57,083 bases of DNA from Thermotogota bacterium (GCA_051748045.1 JBNJGY010000005.1:1-57083); one strand, 5' to 3'; shown: positions 36,870-47,934, numbered from the stretch's first letter. The notes: a model not told the origin generated them from the sequence alone. A program made the numbers and translations.

Positions 36870-38177
36870 TTAAGCAAGTTCTTTTTCTTTTATATTTGAT
36901 GTATTCACTTCTTCTTCTGGTAGTTCTGGATCGAAAGTTTCTTTAGGTGATGTGAATAAGAATATCAAAGCTAATACTAAACCTATACTCATAGCAGCAA
37001 TTAAAATTTTATGAGGTGCAAATGAGTCAAGCATAAATCCATATATAACAGAACCTATTGGAACTGCGCCTTGGAAAATTAATTCTAAAACTGAAAATAC
37101 TCTTGATCTTATATATGATGGTGCCATTTTTTGAATATTTGTTTGTAGTGGAATATTTAGCCATATGTTGAATATTCCCCAAGAAATCATAGTTGCTATT
37201 ATTACGCCAAAATAAGCCCAGCTTGTTCCTCCAAACATGTTTACTGTTGCTGGAAGAACCAAATATCCTATTGCAAAACCAACAAATATTTGAAGTCCTA
37301 ATCCAAGAGTCATGTTTGTTTTACCAGATTTATTTATTAAAAATTTACTAAATAAAATACTTCCTACTAAAGCCCCTGCAGTAAATCCTGCTTGAACAAA
37401 TCCAAATTTTGATCCTGAGAATCCTATTACTTCTTTAAACAAATATGGGAAAAGCACAAACATCATAGGAGATAACACAAAATTGGAAAACGATGCAAAG
37501 AATAATAGATTTTTAAGGCCCTTTTGTTTCATTATAAAAACATATCCTTCTTTTATATCTGAAGCAAATTTCTTTACTGTCATTTTTTCTTTATCTTTTA
37601 TATGTTCTGGGTTGTATTTTATAAATATTTCTGCAAAACCTGAAATGATGAATGTAAGTGCATTTATCAAAAATACAACACCAATTCCACCGAATGCGTA
37701 TATCATACCTCCAACAGCTGGTCCTATAAGACCAGCAATACTTCTCATGGCGGTTACTTTTGAGTTAGTAAGAGCATAATCTTTTGGTTGGACAAGATCT
37801 GCCCTCATTGCTGATGTTGAAGATGAAAAAAATCCATCCATTACAGAAATAATTCCTTGGAAAACGAAAACTAATACTAAAGGAATTTCAATCATAAAAG
37901 CATAAACCGCTAAAAACATTACCATAGCACCTCTTGCTAAGTCCATGTTCACCATAATATTTTTTCTATTCAGTCTATCTCCAATAACTCCTGCAAAAGG
38001 TGTAACAGCCATAAATGGAAATAAAAGCATAAAAGTAAAAATACCTGTTAAAGAACCTGATCCAGTTCTATCCAAAATAAAAAGTGGCATAGCAATAAAT
38101 TGAATTTGTGTTCCGAGTAAAGAAACAAACATACCAATTAAATAAATGTTGAAGTTTCTCTTTTCAAATTTGTTCAT
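36870..38177 (-). CDS. MFS transporter (DHA3/macrolide efflux-like)
   Basis: Twelve TM helices; GVIGDRLNRK motif A. Confidence 0.9.
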   Translation of the reverse strand: MNKFEKRNFNIYLIGMFVSLLGTQIQFIAMPLFILDRTGSGSLTGIFTFMLLFPFMAVTPFAGVIGDRLNRKNIMVNMDLARGAMVMFLAVYAFMIEIPLVLVFVFQGIISVMDGFFSSSTSAMRADLVQPKDYALTNSKVTAMRSIAGLIGPAVGGMIYAFGGIGVVFLINALTFIISGFAEIFIKYNPEHIKDKEKMTVKKFASDIKEGYVFIMKQKGLKNLLFFASFSNFVLSPMMFVLFPYLFKEVIGFSGSKFGFVQAGFTAGALVGSILFSKFLINKSGKTNMTLGLGLQIFVGFAIGYLVLPATVNMFGGTSWAYFGVIIATMISWGIFNIWLNIPLQTNIQKMAPSYIRSRVFSVLELIFQGAVPIGSVIYGFMLDSFAPHKILIAAMSIGLVLALIFLFTSPKETFDPELPEEEVNTSNIKEKELA

Positions 38178-38213
38178 AAATCATCCCTCCATCCAAATAT
38201 TATTTTCATTATT

Positions 38214-38244
38214 ATAATACATTCTGAAGTAAACTTACTGTCAA
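38214..38244 (-). promoter_or_regulatory. possible MerR-type promoter of the MFS gene
   Basis: TTGACA-19 nt-TATTAT with the partial dyad AAGT-TT-ACTT placed as in the 7875 promoter. Confidence 0.5.
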
Positions 38245-38306
38245 CAGGAGTGATTGATTGATTTGAGTTAATTTTTTGTTAATTCTGGAGTAGGCTTTTA
38301 TAATAG

Positions 38307-38330
38307 AAAAACTCCCCTAAGGGAGTTTTT
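38307..38330 (-). terminator. terminator after the GH65 gene
   Basis: AAAAACTCCC/GGGAGTTTTT. Confidence 0.75.
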
Positions 38331-40614
38331 ATGATAGTTCTATTTTATTACCTTTATTGAAAACTATTATTGGTTCACCCTTTTCAAGTTCAAATTTCAC
38401 ACCTTTTTTATTTACGTTTATTTTTATAATTCTTTTTTTGAATTTGATTTTGAAAGTATACTCATTCCATTTTTTTGGTATTTTTGGATTGAAATGAAGT
38501 TCATCATTATATATTTTCATCCCTCCAAATCCCATAACAACGCCTAACCATGTCCCAGCCATACTCGCAGAATGTATTCCATCTTTAGTATTTCCTTGGT
38601 AATTGTCCAAGTCAGTTCTGGATGTATTTATAAAATAATCATAAGCTTCTTTTTCATATCCTATTCTGTTAGCTACTATAGAATATATACAAGTGGACAA
38701 AGAAGAATCGTGTGTTGTCAATTTTTCATAATAATCATAATCTCTTTTAACTTGATCATCTGAAAATTTATGTGGTAAAAGGGCTTCTACCAAAATCAAA
38801 TCAGCTTGTTTTATGACTTGATGTCTGTAAAGAACTAATGGATGATAATTTAAAAGCAAAGGAAATTTATCCTTAGATGTTTTATCTAGTTCCCAAATAG
38901 GTTTACTAAGAAAACTATCATCTTGAGCGTTTATTTTTAATTTTTTGTCATAAGGATAAAACATTTTATCTGCGTGTTTGTTCCATGTTTTATGTTCTTG
39001 TTCAGATAAATTTAGCTTTTTCTTTAATTCTTCATATACTACATAAGAATCATTTTTTATCTTTTGGATCATTTCAAAGGCAAATTTCAAATTTTCTGCT
39101 GCCATTAAATTAGTATAAAAATTATTATTAATTAAAGCAGTATATTCATCTGGGCCTGTAACACAGTTTATACAAAATTGGCCTTCAGAATTATAGCTTC
39201 CCGCATCTTCCCATAACCTTGCAGTTTCTACCAATATTTCTGCTCCCATATCTTTGATAAATTCAAAGTCATCTGTCACCTGGTAATACTGTTTTATTGC
39301 AAAAGCTATGTCAGCATTTATATGATATTGTGCAGTTCCAGCAGGATAATAAGAAGAGCATTCATACCCGTTTATTGTTCTCCAAGGATACAAGGCACCT
39401 TTTGTGTGTGACATTTCTTTTGCTCTATCTCTAGCAGCATCCAGAGTATTATATCTAAATTCAAGTAATTTTTTTGCTGTCTCAGGTTGTGTGTATAGGA
39501 AAAAAGGTAGAACATATGTTTCTGTATCCCAAAAATAATGTCCTTCATAACCTTCCCCTGTTAATCCTTTAGCTCCAATATTTGTATATCCATCTTTACC
39601 TGTTGATTGTAATAGATGGTACATATTAAACCTTATACCTTGTGTAAGTGCATCATCTCCATCAATTTTTATGTAGGAATCATTCCAAAATTTTTCTAAA
39701 TATTTTTTTTGGAATTTTTCATAATACTCCCAACCTTTTTCTGAAACTTTTTCAAGCTCAATTTCGATTTTTTGTTTTTTTAAATAATTCATTTCTATAT
39801 AATAAACTGAATATTTTTCTATACTAATGGATTGATTTTCTTTTGATTTTATTTTATATTCATTAAAAACTAAATCATTCTCTTTATGTTTTTTAACTGT
39901 ATAATTATTTTGTGTGGTTAAATTTTCTTTCATTCCAACAGAATATTCTTTTCCACTTTTTTTAGTAATTTGATTTATATACATAAAATTATCATTATGA
40001 ATATCTCTTGTTTTAAAAACAGAATTTTTAAATTTATTATCAATTCTTGGATCATCTTCATCTATATAGTTTTTTATAGTTCCATCTAAATATGATCTAT
40101 ATACTATCTCACCTTCAAAATTCAGAGGGGTTATTTCTATATTTTGAGCTACTAAATGTTTATTCTCGAAACTTACGAGTCTTTTGAAATCTATATTTAA
40201 CCTTTTTCCTGTTTTGCTTTCCCACACAATATTTCTTCTTAATACTCCATCTCTAAAATCAAATGTTCTTTTATATTTAATCAAATTACCTTTGTTTATG
40301 TCCAAGTATTCTCCATCTACAAGTATTTCAATTTTTATAGAGTTTGCAACATTAACCATAGATTGACCTTCGGAAGGGTAACCCACATACTTTTCTCCAT
40401 ATTCAATTTTATTAGACTCATAAAAAGCATTGATATATGTCCCTGAATGGCCTAAATAATTTCCTTCTTCAAAACTCCCTCTTACACCTATAAAACCATT
40501 CGCACATGTAAATAGAGTTTCATTTGTAAAATAATCAGAAGGTTTGTATTTTTCTTCTGATATGTCCCAAGGTTTAACTGGAAATCTGTTTTTTATGTTA
40601 TCAAATTTTTTCAA
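38329..40614 (-). CDS. glycoside hydrolase family 65 (trehalose/maltose/kojibiose phosphorylase-like)
   Basis: KGLTGEGYEGHYFWDTE, VTGPDEY, IKQAD and HDSSLS motifs. Confidence 0.93.
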   Translation of the reverse strand: MKKFDNIKNRFPVKPWDISEEKYKPSDYFTNETLFTCANGFIGVRGSFEEGNYLGHSGTYINAFYESNKIEYGEKYVGYPSEGQSMVNVANSIKIEILVDGEYLDINKGNLIKYKRTFDFRDGVLRRNIVWESKTGKRLNIDFKRLVSFENKHLVAQNIEITPLNFEGEIVYRSYLDGTIKNYIDEDDPRIDNKFKNSVFKTRDIHNDNFMYINQITKKSGKEYSVGMKENLTTQNNYTVKKHKENDLVFNEYKIKSKENQSISIEKYSVYYIEMNYLKKQKIEIELEKVSEKGWEYYEKFQKKYLEKFWNDSYIKIDGDDALTQGIRFNMYHLLQSTGKDGYTNIGAKGLTGEGYEGHYFWDTETYVLPFFLYTQPETAKKLLEFRYNTLDAARDRAKEMSHTKGALYPWRTINGYECSSYYPAGTAQYHINADIAFAIKQYYQVTDDFEFIKDMGAEILVETARLWEDAGSYNSEGQFCINCVTGPDEYTALINNNFYTNLMAAENLKFAFEMIQKIKNDSYVVYEELKKKLNLSEQEHKTWNKHADKMFYPYDKKLKINAQDDSFLSKPIWELDKTSKDKFPLLLNYHPLVLYRHQVIKQADLILVEALLPHKFSDDQVKRDYDYYEKLTTHDSSLSTCIYSIVANRIGYEKEAYDYFINTSRTDLDNYQGNTKDGIHSASMAGTWLGVVMGFGGMKIYNDELHFNPKIPKKWNEYTFKIKFKKRIIKINVNKKGVKFELEKGEPIIVFNKGNKIELS

Positions 40615-40647
40615 CGATAATCCTCCTTAATTTTTGTAAATTTTATA

Positions 40648-40750
40648 ATGGGTTAAGGATGTAGGATTTTATCTATTTTACCAGTTTAACAATGTTTTTA
40701 TTTCCAACATCCAACCTTTAACTTTCAAAAGAAATCTTTGATTTCTCTTT
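40648..40750. repeat. dispersed intergenic element, copy 3 (partial)
   Basis: GTTTAACAATGTTTTTATTTCCAACATCCAACC and the terminal AGAAATC-TTT-GATTTCT hairpin parallel copy 1. Confidence 0.65.
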
Positions 40751-40889
40751 TATGTATATATTAATAAACTCAAGTTACAATATTTTTGTTATGAAATTAT
40801 ATTTATAAGAAATATTATACATCTCTTAACTATCTATTGATTATTTTTCTTTATAATAAATTTGTGATTATGTTAATAGAGGTGAAGAT

Positions 40890-41756
40890 ATGGTTGAAAA
40901 AAGAAAAGCAATAATATATATGTTAATATCCTCTCTTGCTTTTGCTACAATGGGAGCCTTTGTAAAATTAGCAGGAGATTTACCCACCGTCCAAAAAACA
41001 TTTTTTAGAAATTTTATCTCTATGTTTATAGCTGGAAGTATTGTTTTATATCACAAAAAACCGTTATTTGGAGAGAGAAAAAACCTAAAATATCTTTTGA
41101 TAAGATCTTCTTTAGGAACTGCAGGTATGCTCGCTTATTTTTATAGTATAGACAATTTATTATTATCTGACTCTTCAATGCTTAATAAATTAAATCCATT
41201 TTTTGTTAGTATTTTTGCATTTTTAATTCTAAAAGAGAAATTTTCAAAAATACAAATACCAGCTCTAATAATAGCTTTTACAGGTGCTGTATTTATTATT
41301 AAACCTGAGTTCAACATGAGTGTTGTTCCAGCTTTATTGGGACTGGCATCTGCAGTTCTTGCTGCTGGGGCTTATACAACAGTAAGATTTTTAGGTGGAA
41401 GAGAAGAATTTTACACAATTGTTTTTTTCTTTTCATTTTTCTCCACTATGGCTACTCTGCCTTTCACAATTGCGTTCTTTCAACCAATGAATTGGACTCA
41501 AATTTTATTTTTAGCATTAACTGGTATAGTGGCATCAATAGGGCAGTTTACTTTAACTATAGCATATAAACATGCTCCAGCTGGTGAGATATCTATTTTA
41601 AATTATACCAATGTTTTATTTTCTGGCATAATAGGGTATTTTTTGTTTGATTCAGTTCCTGATTTTTTAAGTATAATGGGTTATGTTCTTATAATTGCAG
41701 CAGCCTTTTTAATATATTTGAATGCTAACAGCAAAAAAAGAAAAAAACTGAGCTAA
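40890..41756 (+). CDS. DMT/EamA family transporter
   Basis: Ten TM helices; two EamA repeats (ILKEK, AYKHAPA). Confidence 0.9.
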   Translation: MVEKRKAIIYMLISSLAFATMGAFVKLAGDLPTVQKTFFRNFISMFIAGSIVLYHKKPLFGERKNLKYLLIRSSLGTAGMLAYFYSIDNLLLSDSSMLNKLNPFFVSIFAFLILKEKFSKIQIPALIIAFTGAVFIIKPEFNMSVVPALLGLASAVLAAGAYTTVRFLGGREEFYTIVFFFSFFSTMATLPFTIAFFQPMNWTQILFLALTGIVASIGQFTLTIAYKHAPAGEISILNYTNVLFSGIIGYFLFDSVPDFLSIMGYVLIIAAAFLIYLNANSKKRKKLS

Positions 41757-41772
41757 AAAAGCTCAGTTTTTT
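41742..41772. terminator. bidirectional terminator overlapping both stop codons
   Basis: AAAAACTGAGCT/AGCTCAGTTTTT. Confidence 0.8.
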
Positions 41773-42509
41773 ATTATCATTTTTATTTCTTTGTTTTTTT
41801 CATCATATTCAAATAGTTCTAAATTTTCTGTTTTGATTTTCAGTACAGATTCAAGATCTATAATTTGGTTTTGGCATAAATGCTTTATTAGCTGTCCCCT
41901 ATATTTCTTTGAAATATGTCCAGCTGATTTCAAATCGTCTTTTTTCATTAAGTAAAAGTCGATTTTATAAAATTTATCGTTATCTACCATCTTTCTGTAA
42001 TTAGATGTCAAAATATCAAAAACAAAATTATCATCAAAAATGTTATCCATTTTTTCTTTCCAGTATCTATGTATTTTTTTCTTTTCTATGTAACCTTCTG
42101 GTTTTACTTTGAATTCAGGGATTAAGTCTAATGGTTTATTTACACCTAAAAGTGCATTAAAAATACCAAAATGTTTTTCGAAGAAAGTTTTAGATTTGTT
42201 ATCCATATTTGAGTAATCAATTGATTTAAACATTGTTCCATCAAACAGTTCTATTGTCCTTTTCACTTCTGAGTTCATCAATCTTTTATTCATTTCATAA
42301 GCTTCTTCTATGTTTTTCCCTTTTAGCCCTGTCATTTTTTCTAAATCTTTTTCTTTGTATTCCATTCTATTTAAATAATGTATGACTTCTTTTCTAAAAT
42401 CGTTTAATTCTGAAAAAGAAAGCTCTGAAAAAACCTTACTAAAACTTTTACCTGTCTTATTATCTGAATTCTTACCCTCACTTGGAGGTATTAAAAATAA
42501 CGTTTTCAT
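41763..42509 (-). CDS. yaaA: YaaA (DUF328) family peroxide-stress DNA-binding protein
   Basis: LIPPSEGK, FDGTMFKSID and SKKYRG motifs. Confidence 0.75.
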   Translation of the reverse strand: MKTLFLIPPSEGKNSDNKTGKSFSKVFSELSFSELNDFRKEVIHYLNRMEYKEKDLEKMTGLKGKNIEEAYEMNKRLMNSEVKRTIELFDGTMFKSIDYSNMDNKSKTFFEKHFGIFNALLGVNKPLDLIPEFKVKPEGYIEKKKIHRYWKEKMDNIFDDNFVFDILTSNYRKMVDNDKFYKIDFYLMKKDDLKSAGHISKKYRGQLIKHLCQNQIIDLESVLKIKTENLELFEYDEKNKEIKMIIKN

Positions 42510-42513
42510 ATAA

Positions 42514-45165
42514 TCACCTTTTAAACAGTTTTATTATTTCATTAATTAATAGTGGAACTAATGATAACCCCAATACTATTGTCCAATCTGCTATATTCAA
42601 CATTGAAACTTTGAATATTTCCTCTAAAAATGGCACTGTTACTATTATGGCTTGTAAAAAAGCTCCTAATAAAATAGCTCCTATCAAATATTTGTTTTTG
42701 AAAAAACCAATTTTAAATATTGATTTTTTGAAATCTCTCATATTTAATGAATGAACTAATTGAGAAACACTTAAAACAATAAAAGCCATAGTTTGTGCAT
42801 GAATTAAAGCTTTTTCAGTTATTTCAGATGGAAAGATTTGATTAAATCCTGAAATACCCATAGCATCCCTAGCGCCATATATAAAAGCAAAAAGAGTTAA
42901 TCCTCCAATTATCAAACCGTTTAAAAATAGAGAAAACTTATATCCATGAAAAATAGATTCGTTTGGATTTCTAGGTTTTTCTTTCATTATTTTAGGATTC
43001 CCTGGATCTACTCCAAGGGCTAGAGCTGGAAAAGAATCTGTTATAAGGTTTACCCAAAGAATATGAATTGGAATTAAAGGGGTAGGCCATTTAAATAATA
43101 CCGCTAAAAATATGGCTACAATTTCACCAAAATTACATGAAAGCAAGAAAAGAATTGTCTTTTTAATATTGTTATAAATATTTCTTCCTTCTTCTATAGC
43201 ATGCTCAATTGTTGAAAAATTATCATCAGTTAGAATAATATCAGAAGCACCTTTAGCAACATCAGTCCCTGTGATCCCCATAGAAACTCCAATATCTGCA
43301 GCCTTTAAAGAAGGAGCGTCATTAACTCCATCGCCAGTCATTGAAACTACATTTCCTTTGTCTCTAAAAGCGTTAACTATTTTAACCTTATGTTGAGGTG
43401 AAACTCTAGCAAATACTCTTAAATCTTTTATTCTATTGCTTAATTCCTTTTCGGATAATCTATCTATTTCAACTCCAGATATTGACTGTTCTTCTTGCTC
43501 AGCTATATTAAGTTCTTTTGCTATTGCAAATGCAGTTTTTCTGTGATCACCTGTTATCATTATTGTTCTAATTCCCGCATTATGACAGGTTTCAATAGAA
43601 TTTTTTACTTCTTCTCTTGGAGGGTCTATCATACCAACTAAACCTGTATATATAAGATCATTTTCAAAATCTTCTCTTGTACCTTTTTTATTTTTTGTTT
43701 TTTTATACGCAGCACCTAATACTCTAAGTGCTTGTTCTGACATTTCCTCAGCTGTTGATAAAATCTTTTCTTTTATTTCTTCAGTTAACTCTTTTATTTC
43801 ACCATTTATATTTATCTTTGTAGATATTTTCAAAAGGTTGTCTATAGCACCTTTCGTAAAAACAAAATATTCTCCATCAACCTTATTAACTGTTGTCATC
43901 ATTTTTCTTTCTGATTCAAAAGGTATTTCATTAACTCTTTTATGTTTTTCATCTGCTGCTTTTTTACTCAAACGGTTCTTTTCTCCCATAACTAAAAGAG
44001 CTACTTCAGTTGGATCTCCAGTCTGGTTATCTTCAGAATAAGATGAATCATTACACAAAACCATAGTTTTTAAAAGCATTTCTTCTGCATTATTCTCAGT
44101 TTTCATTTCATCTATAGTTTTAATACTCGAATTAGTATAAAACTTTGTCACTGTCATTTTATTTTGAGTCAAAGTTCCTGTCTTATCTGAACAAACTATA
44201 TTGACTGAACCAAGCGTTTCTACTGCTGGAAGTTTTCTTATGATAGCATTTCTTTTTATCATCTTTTGAACTCCCATGGCTAATACTATTGTAACAATAG
44301 CAGGAAGCCCTTCAGGAATAGCTGCAACAGCAAGGCTTATAGCAGTAAAAAACATATCAAAAATATCTCTTCCCTGTAAAATGCCAAGACCAAAAATAAC
44401 AGCACTTACTATTAAAGCAATAACTCCAAGTACTTTTCCTATATCTGCAAGTCTTTTTTGAAGAGGTGTTTTTTCATCTATTGTTTGTCCAAGCATATCA
44501 GCTATTTTACCCATTTCTGTATCCATAGCTGTTCCAACTACAACACCTTCTCCTCTTCCGTAAGTTACAATAGTTGACATAAAAGCCATATTTCTTTGAT
44601 CACCTAAAGCTACATCTTCTTTTCCTGACAAATCTAACTCTGAATCTTTTTCTACCGAAACAGATTCACCTGTAAGAGAAGATTCTTCTATTTTTAAGCT
44701 CGCTTCATCTATTATTCTCAAATCAGCTGGTACCATTCTGCCAGATTCTAATATTACAATATCTCCCGGTACTACTTCCGTAGAATTTATTTCTTTTATT
44801 TCTCCATCTCTTTTTACTAATGATTTTGGCGATGATAATTTCTTTAACTCTCTTATAGCATCTTCAGCTTTTTTCTCTTGAACAATCCCTATAACAGCAT
44901 TAAGTATTATAACTATAGCAATTATTATCGAATCACTTACTTCTCCTAAAGATAAAGAAGCAACAGCAGCAGCAATTAGTATATAAATCATCACATCGTT
45001 TATCTGTTCAAAAAACATTTTAAATATACTCTTTTTCTTTTTTTCTTTGAACTGATTTTTGCCATATTTTTTTAATCTATTTTTTACATCTACACTATCT
45101 AAACCGTTTTCCCTATCTGTATTTAGTTCTTTTATAACTTGTTCTTCTGATTTTTTATACCACAA
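42514..45165 (-). CDS. calcium-translocating P-type ATPase
   Basis: TGES, IPEGL, DKTGTLT, TGDGVND and LWVNLITD motifs. The likely start is TTG. Confidence 0.95.
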   Translation of the reverse strand: MWYKKSEEQVIKELNTDRENGLDSVDVKNRLKKYGKNQFKEKKKKSIFKMFFEQINDVMIYILIAAAVASLSLGEVSDSIIIAIVIILNAVIGIVQEKKAEDAIRELKKLSSPKSLVKRDGEIKEINSTEVVPGDIVILESGRMVPADLRIIDEASLKIEESSLTGESVSVEKDSELDLSGKEDVALGDQRNMAFMSTIVTYGRGEGVVVGTAMDTEMGKIADMLGQTIDEKTPLQKRLADIGKVLGVIALIVSAVIFGLGILQGRDIFDMFFTAISLAVAAIPEGLPAIVTIVLAMGVQKMIKRNAIIRKLPAVETLGSVNIVCSDKTGTLTQNKMTVTKFYTNSSIKTIDEMKTENNAEEMLLKTMVLCNDSSYSEDNQTGDPTEVALLVMGEKNRLSKKAADEKHKRVNEIPFESERKMMTTVNKVDGEYFVFTKGAIDNLLKISTKININGEIKELTEEIKEKILSTAEEMSEQALRVLGAAYKKTKNKKGTREDFENDLIYTGLVGMIDPPREEVKNSIETCHNAGIRTIMITGDHRKTAFAIAKELNIAEQEEQSISGVEIDRLSEKELSNRIKDLRVFARVSPQHKVKIVNAFRDKGNVVSMTGDGVNDAPSLKAADIGVSMGITGTDVAKGASDIILTDDNFSTIEHAIEEGRNIYNNIKKTILFLLSCNFGEIVAIFLAVLFKWPTPLIPIHILWVNLITDSFPALALGVDPGNPKIMKEKPRNPNESIFHGYKFSLFLNGLIIGGLTLFAFIYGARDAMGISGFNQIFPSEITEKALIHAQTMAFIVLSVSQLVHSLNMRDFKKSIFKIGFFKNKYLIGAILLGAFLQAIIVTVPFLEEIFKVSMLNIADWTIVLGLSLVPLLINEIIKLFKR

Positions 45166-45181
45166 CTTATTCTCCCCCCTA

Positions 45182-46087
45182 TTATAAATAATTAAATTTA
45201 TCGAGAGCTTTTAATGCTTGCAGTGTAAATATACCCACCCATTCATTTTTAGCGATTTCAAAATCTTTTTTCATTCTTCCCCACTCAAAATTTATTTTTA
45301 AATATCCATATTTTCTTATTTGTTCACTTATATATTCTAAATTTTTTAAAAGTTCTTCTTTCTTTATTCCAAAATACTCATTATCTTCTACTACCTGTAA
45401 AAAGTGTACTGGTTGTGGCACATATTCTTTCCATTTTGATTCGTCATAAACAACCAAAGAGTTGATTGCTTCATATAGAGGAAGATATATCTTTTTCTTA
45501 TCTTTTTCATTCAAACTGTTATATAACCTTAGATATGAATATATTTCGTGTTCAGAATTTGCATTATCTTTTTCTATTAATTTCTCAATTAGCAAATCTT
45601 TCTGTTTTTCTATATCAATTTTTTTGATTTTATCTTTATGATCAAGAAGAAACCCTACCAATTCAGCAGTTGGATTACCAAATGAATAATCTATAACAGT
45701 CATTTTTTCATCTTCTAAAAAATCCCACCATGGAGCTCTTGGGAAATCATTGACTTTTTCGTTTGCTGCATACCATCTCTTATTATCATAATCAAAGGTG
45801 TTTTCTAAATATTTAATTGTACTTTTTACAATATTATCGCAATTTTTATAGTTGATTTCTTTCATAATTTGAAACGCTACACTTGTAGCTGTAGCTGAAG
45901 AGTGAGGCATTCTAATATCTGGTTCTAAAGCATTACCAAAACCTCCATCTTCGTTTTGATATTTTTCTAATTCATTTATTATATCTATACTTTTTCCGTT
46001 CTCATAAAAATATAGATATCTATAATATTCTAAATCTCTTCCTAACTCTTTTATGTTTCTTTTAACCAAATTCAAATTCATTTGCAT
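45182..46087 (-). CDS. hypothetical protein, prenyltransferase/terpene cyclase-like alpha-alpha toroid
   Basis: YQNEDGGFGNALEPD (QW-like motif) and PRAPWW. Confidence 0.65.
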   Translation of the reverse strand: MQMNLNLVKRNIKELGRDLEYYRYLYFYENGKSIDIINELEKYQNEDGGFGNALEPDIRMPHSSATATSVAFQIMKEINYKNCDNIVKSTIKYLENTFDYDNKRWYAANEKVNDFPRAPWWDFLEDEKMTVIDYSFGNPTAELVGFLLDHKDKIKKIDIEKQKDLLIEKLIEKDNANSEHEIYSYLRLYNSLNEKDKKKIYLPLYEAINSLVVYDESKWKEYVPQPVHFLQVVEDNEYFGIKKEELLKNLEYISEQIRKYGYLKINFEWGRMKKDFEIAKNEWVGIFTLQALKALDKFNYL

Positions 46088-46152
46088 CCCACCCTTTATT
46101 CGAAATATAACTATATTATACCTTAAAAAAAACTCCCGACTAAAGTCAGGAG

Positions 46153-47700
46153 TTAATCATTTATTTTATTCTTTTGTTTATTTATATACATAGTTTCATC
46201 CGCCCTTTTAATAGTTTCTTCTATTGGTTCATAAGATCTTTTAACAGCATAACCAAAAGATAAGTTAAAAGGTTTATCTAGTTTTAGTTTTTTTTCATTT
46301 ATGAGTTTTTTTATTTTAGAGTTTATAAAATTTATATTTTGTTTCAAGTCATCTAATTCTAAAAAGGCAACAACATAGAACTCATCTCCACCCACTCTAA
46401 AAATATAATCGCCTGAATCAAATGCCTGATTTAAAATTTCAGCTGCATAAATTATAAACTTATCTCCTACATCATGACCAAAACTATCATTTATAGGTTT
46501 CAGATTATCTAAATCGATTACATATGTAACTATTTCTTTTTGAATATTTTTATCATTAAAAAGTCTTTTTAATGATTCAAGTTTTTTTCTATTATAAACT
46601 CTAGTAAGTGTATCTCTGTAAGATTCGTCTTCTATTGATTTCTTCTCTCTTCTCATTTTTAACATATGATACATGCTATAAAAAGTCATCAAAATTAAAA
46701 ACAAAACGAATATTATAATAATCCATAAAAGATATTGATTTACAGTATTTTTAGGTTTATTAATTATTATAGAGTTTTGAGGTAATTGATTTTCACTAAT
46801 TTCAAATGTCTGGAGTTTTTCATAATCAAATTTATAGACATAATTCTCTCTTTCAAATTTTGGTATATTTGGATTTTTAAAATACTCTAAAACTTTATTT
46901 GCTAATCTTTCTCCTTCTTCTATTCCTTCAGTAACATAACCACCAATAGCACCATAACCAATTTGATTATTCCATAAAGTAAAAATAGGATTTTCTAATG
47001 ACTCTTCAAATTCTTGAGATATTTCTCTTAATTGTCCTAAATTTTTATCTTTTTCCATAGTTAGATTTCCCAGAATTATAGGTGTATCAGAAGGATATTC
47101 CAATATCGTTTCTATAGTTTTATAAAAATCATCTGAATTGATGGTCACGATATCAATACCATCTTCATCCTTCATCTTTTCCACTGTTTCTATAATATTT
47201 CCTCCAAGTTCATCTTTGTTATTAGTTATAAGTATCTTTTCGCCAGGATAAATAGAAGTAACTAAATCAATATTTTTATCAATATTACTTTCTCCAAAAA
47301 TACCATAAACATTTTCAAAATCTTGCGAATTTTCTCTAATAAATTCTGCTCCAAGAAAAAATAAAGGTATTTCTGGTGCTACTTTATTTCTATAATTACT
47401 TATCAAATCAAAAGCATATTGATCGGTAATTATAACAGCATCAATATCGGTTTTTTCATATCTTAAAGACAGAACTTCTATTAAACTATCTTTATACTCT
47501 TTCGAAGAAGAATTCCTTGAGTAAAGATATTCAATAAAAATATTATAATTTGATTTTAATAAAACACTTTCTAAACCTTTATTAACATCTCTGGTCCAAT
47601 CATATAGAGGACAATAAGAATGCAATATCAAAACATTTTCAGAAAAGCCTGTTACAATTATTAATATTATAAAAGAAATTATTACGATCCCTTTTTTCAT
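46153..47700 (-). CDS. diguanylate cyclase with periplasmic ABC-substrate-binding-like sensor
   Basis: VLILHSY; a TM helix; DLDNLK.IND.FGH and RVGGDEF motifs. Confidence 0.88.
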   Translation of the reverse strand: MKKGIVIISFIILIIVTGFSENVLILHSYCPLYDWTRDVNKGLESVLLKSNYNIFIEYLYSRNSSSKEYKDSLIEVLSLRYEKTDIDAVIITDQYAFDLISNYRNKVAPEIPLFFLGAEFIRENSQDFENVYGIFGESNIDKNIDLVTSIYPGEKILITNNKDELGGNIIETVEKMKDEDGIDIVTINSDDFYKTIETILEYPSDTPIILGNLTMEKDKNLGQLREISQEFEESLENPIFTLWNNQIGYGAIGGYVTEGIEEGERLANKVLEYFKNPNIPKFERENYVYKFDYEKLQTFEISENQLPQNSIIINKPKNTVNQYLLWIIIIFVLFLILMTFYSMYHMLKMRREKKSIEDESYRDTLTRVYNRKKLESLKRLFNDKNIQKEIVTYVIDLDNLKPINDSFGHDVGDKFIIYAAEILNQAFDSGDYIFRVGGDEFYVVAFLELDDLKQNINFINSKIKKLINEKKLKLDKPFNLSFGYAVKRSYEPIEETIKRADETMYINKQKNKIND

Positions 47701-47901
47701 GTGAAATTCCCCCAGTAAATAATTAACACATTCTTTTCAATTATAATATCAAAACATGTTATATATGTAATACAATAAATACAATATGGTAAAATTCTTC
47801 TTCTTTATTTTTATTTTTTTATTTTATATCTAAAATTTTAATCTTTTATGTAAATATCTTATTTTTTAAATAATATAATCATTTGATTAATTAATTTACA
47901 T

Positions 47902-47934
47902 AAAAAATAGGTTTGAGTTAATCAAACCTATTTT
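47902..47934 (-). terminator. terminator after satP
   Basis: AAAATAGGTTTGA/TCAAACCTATTTT. Confidence 0.75.
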
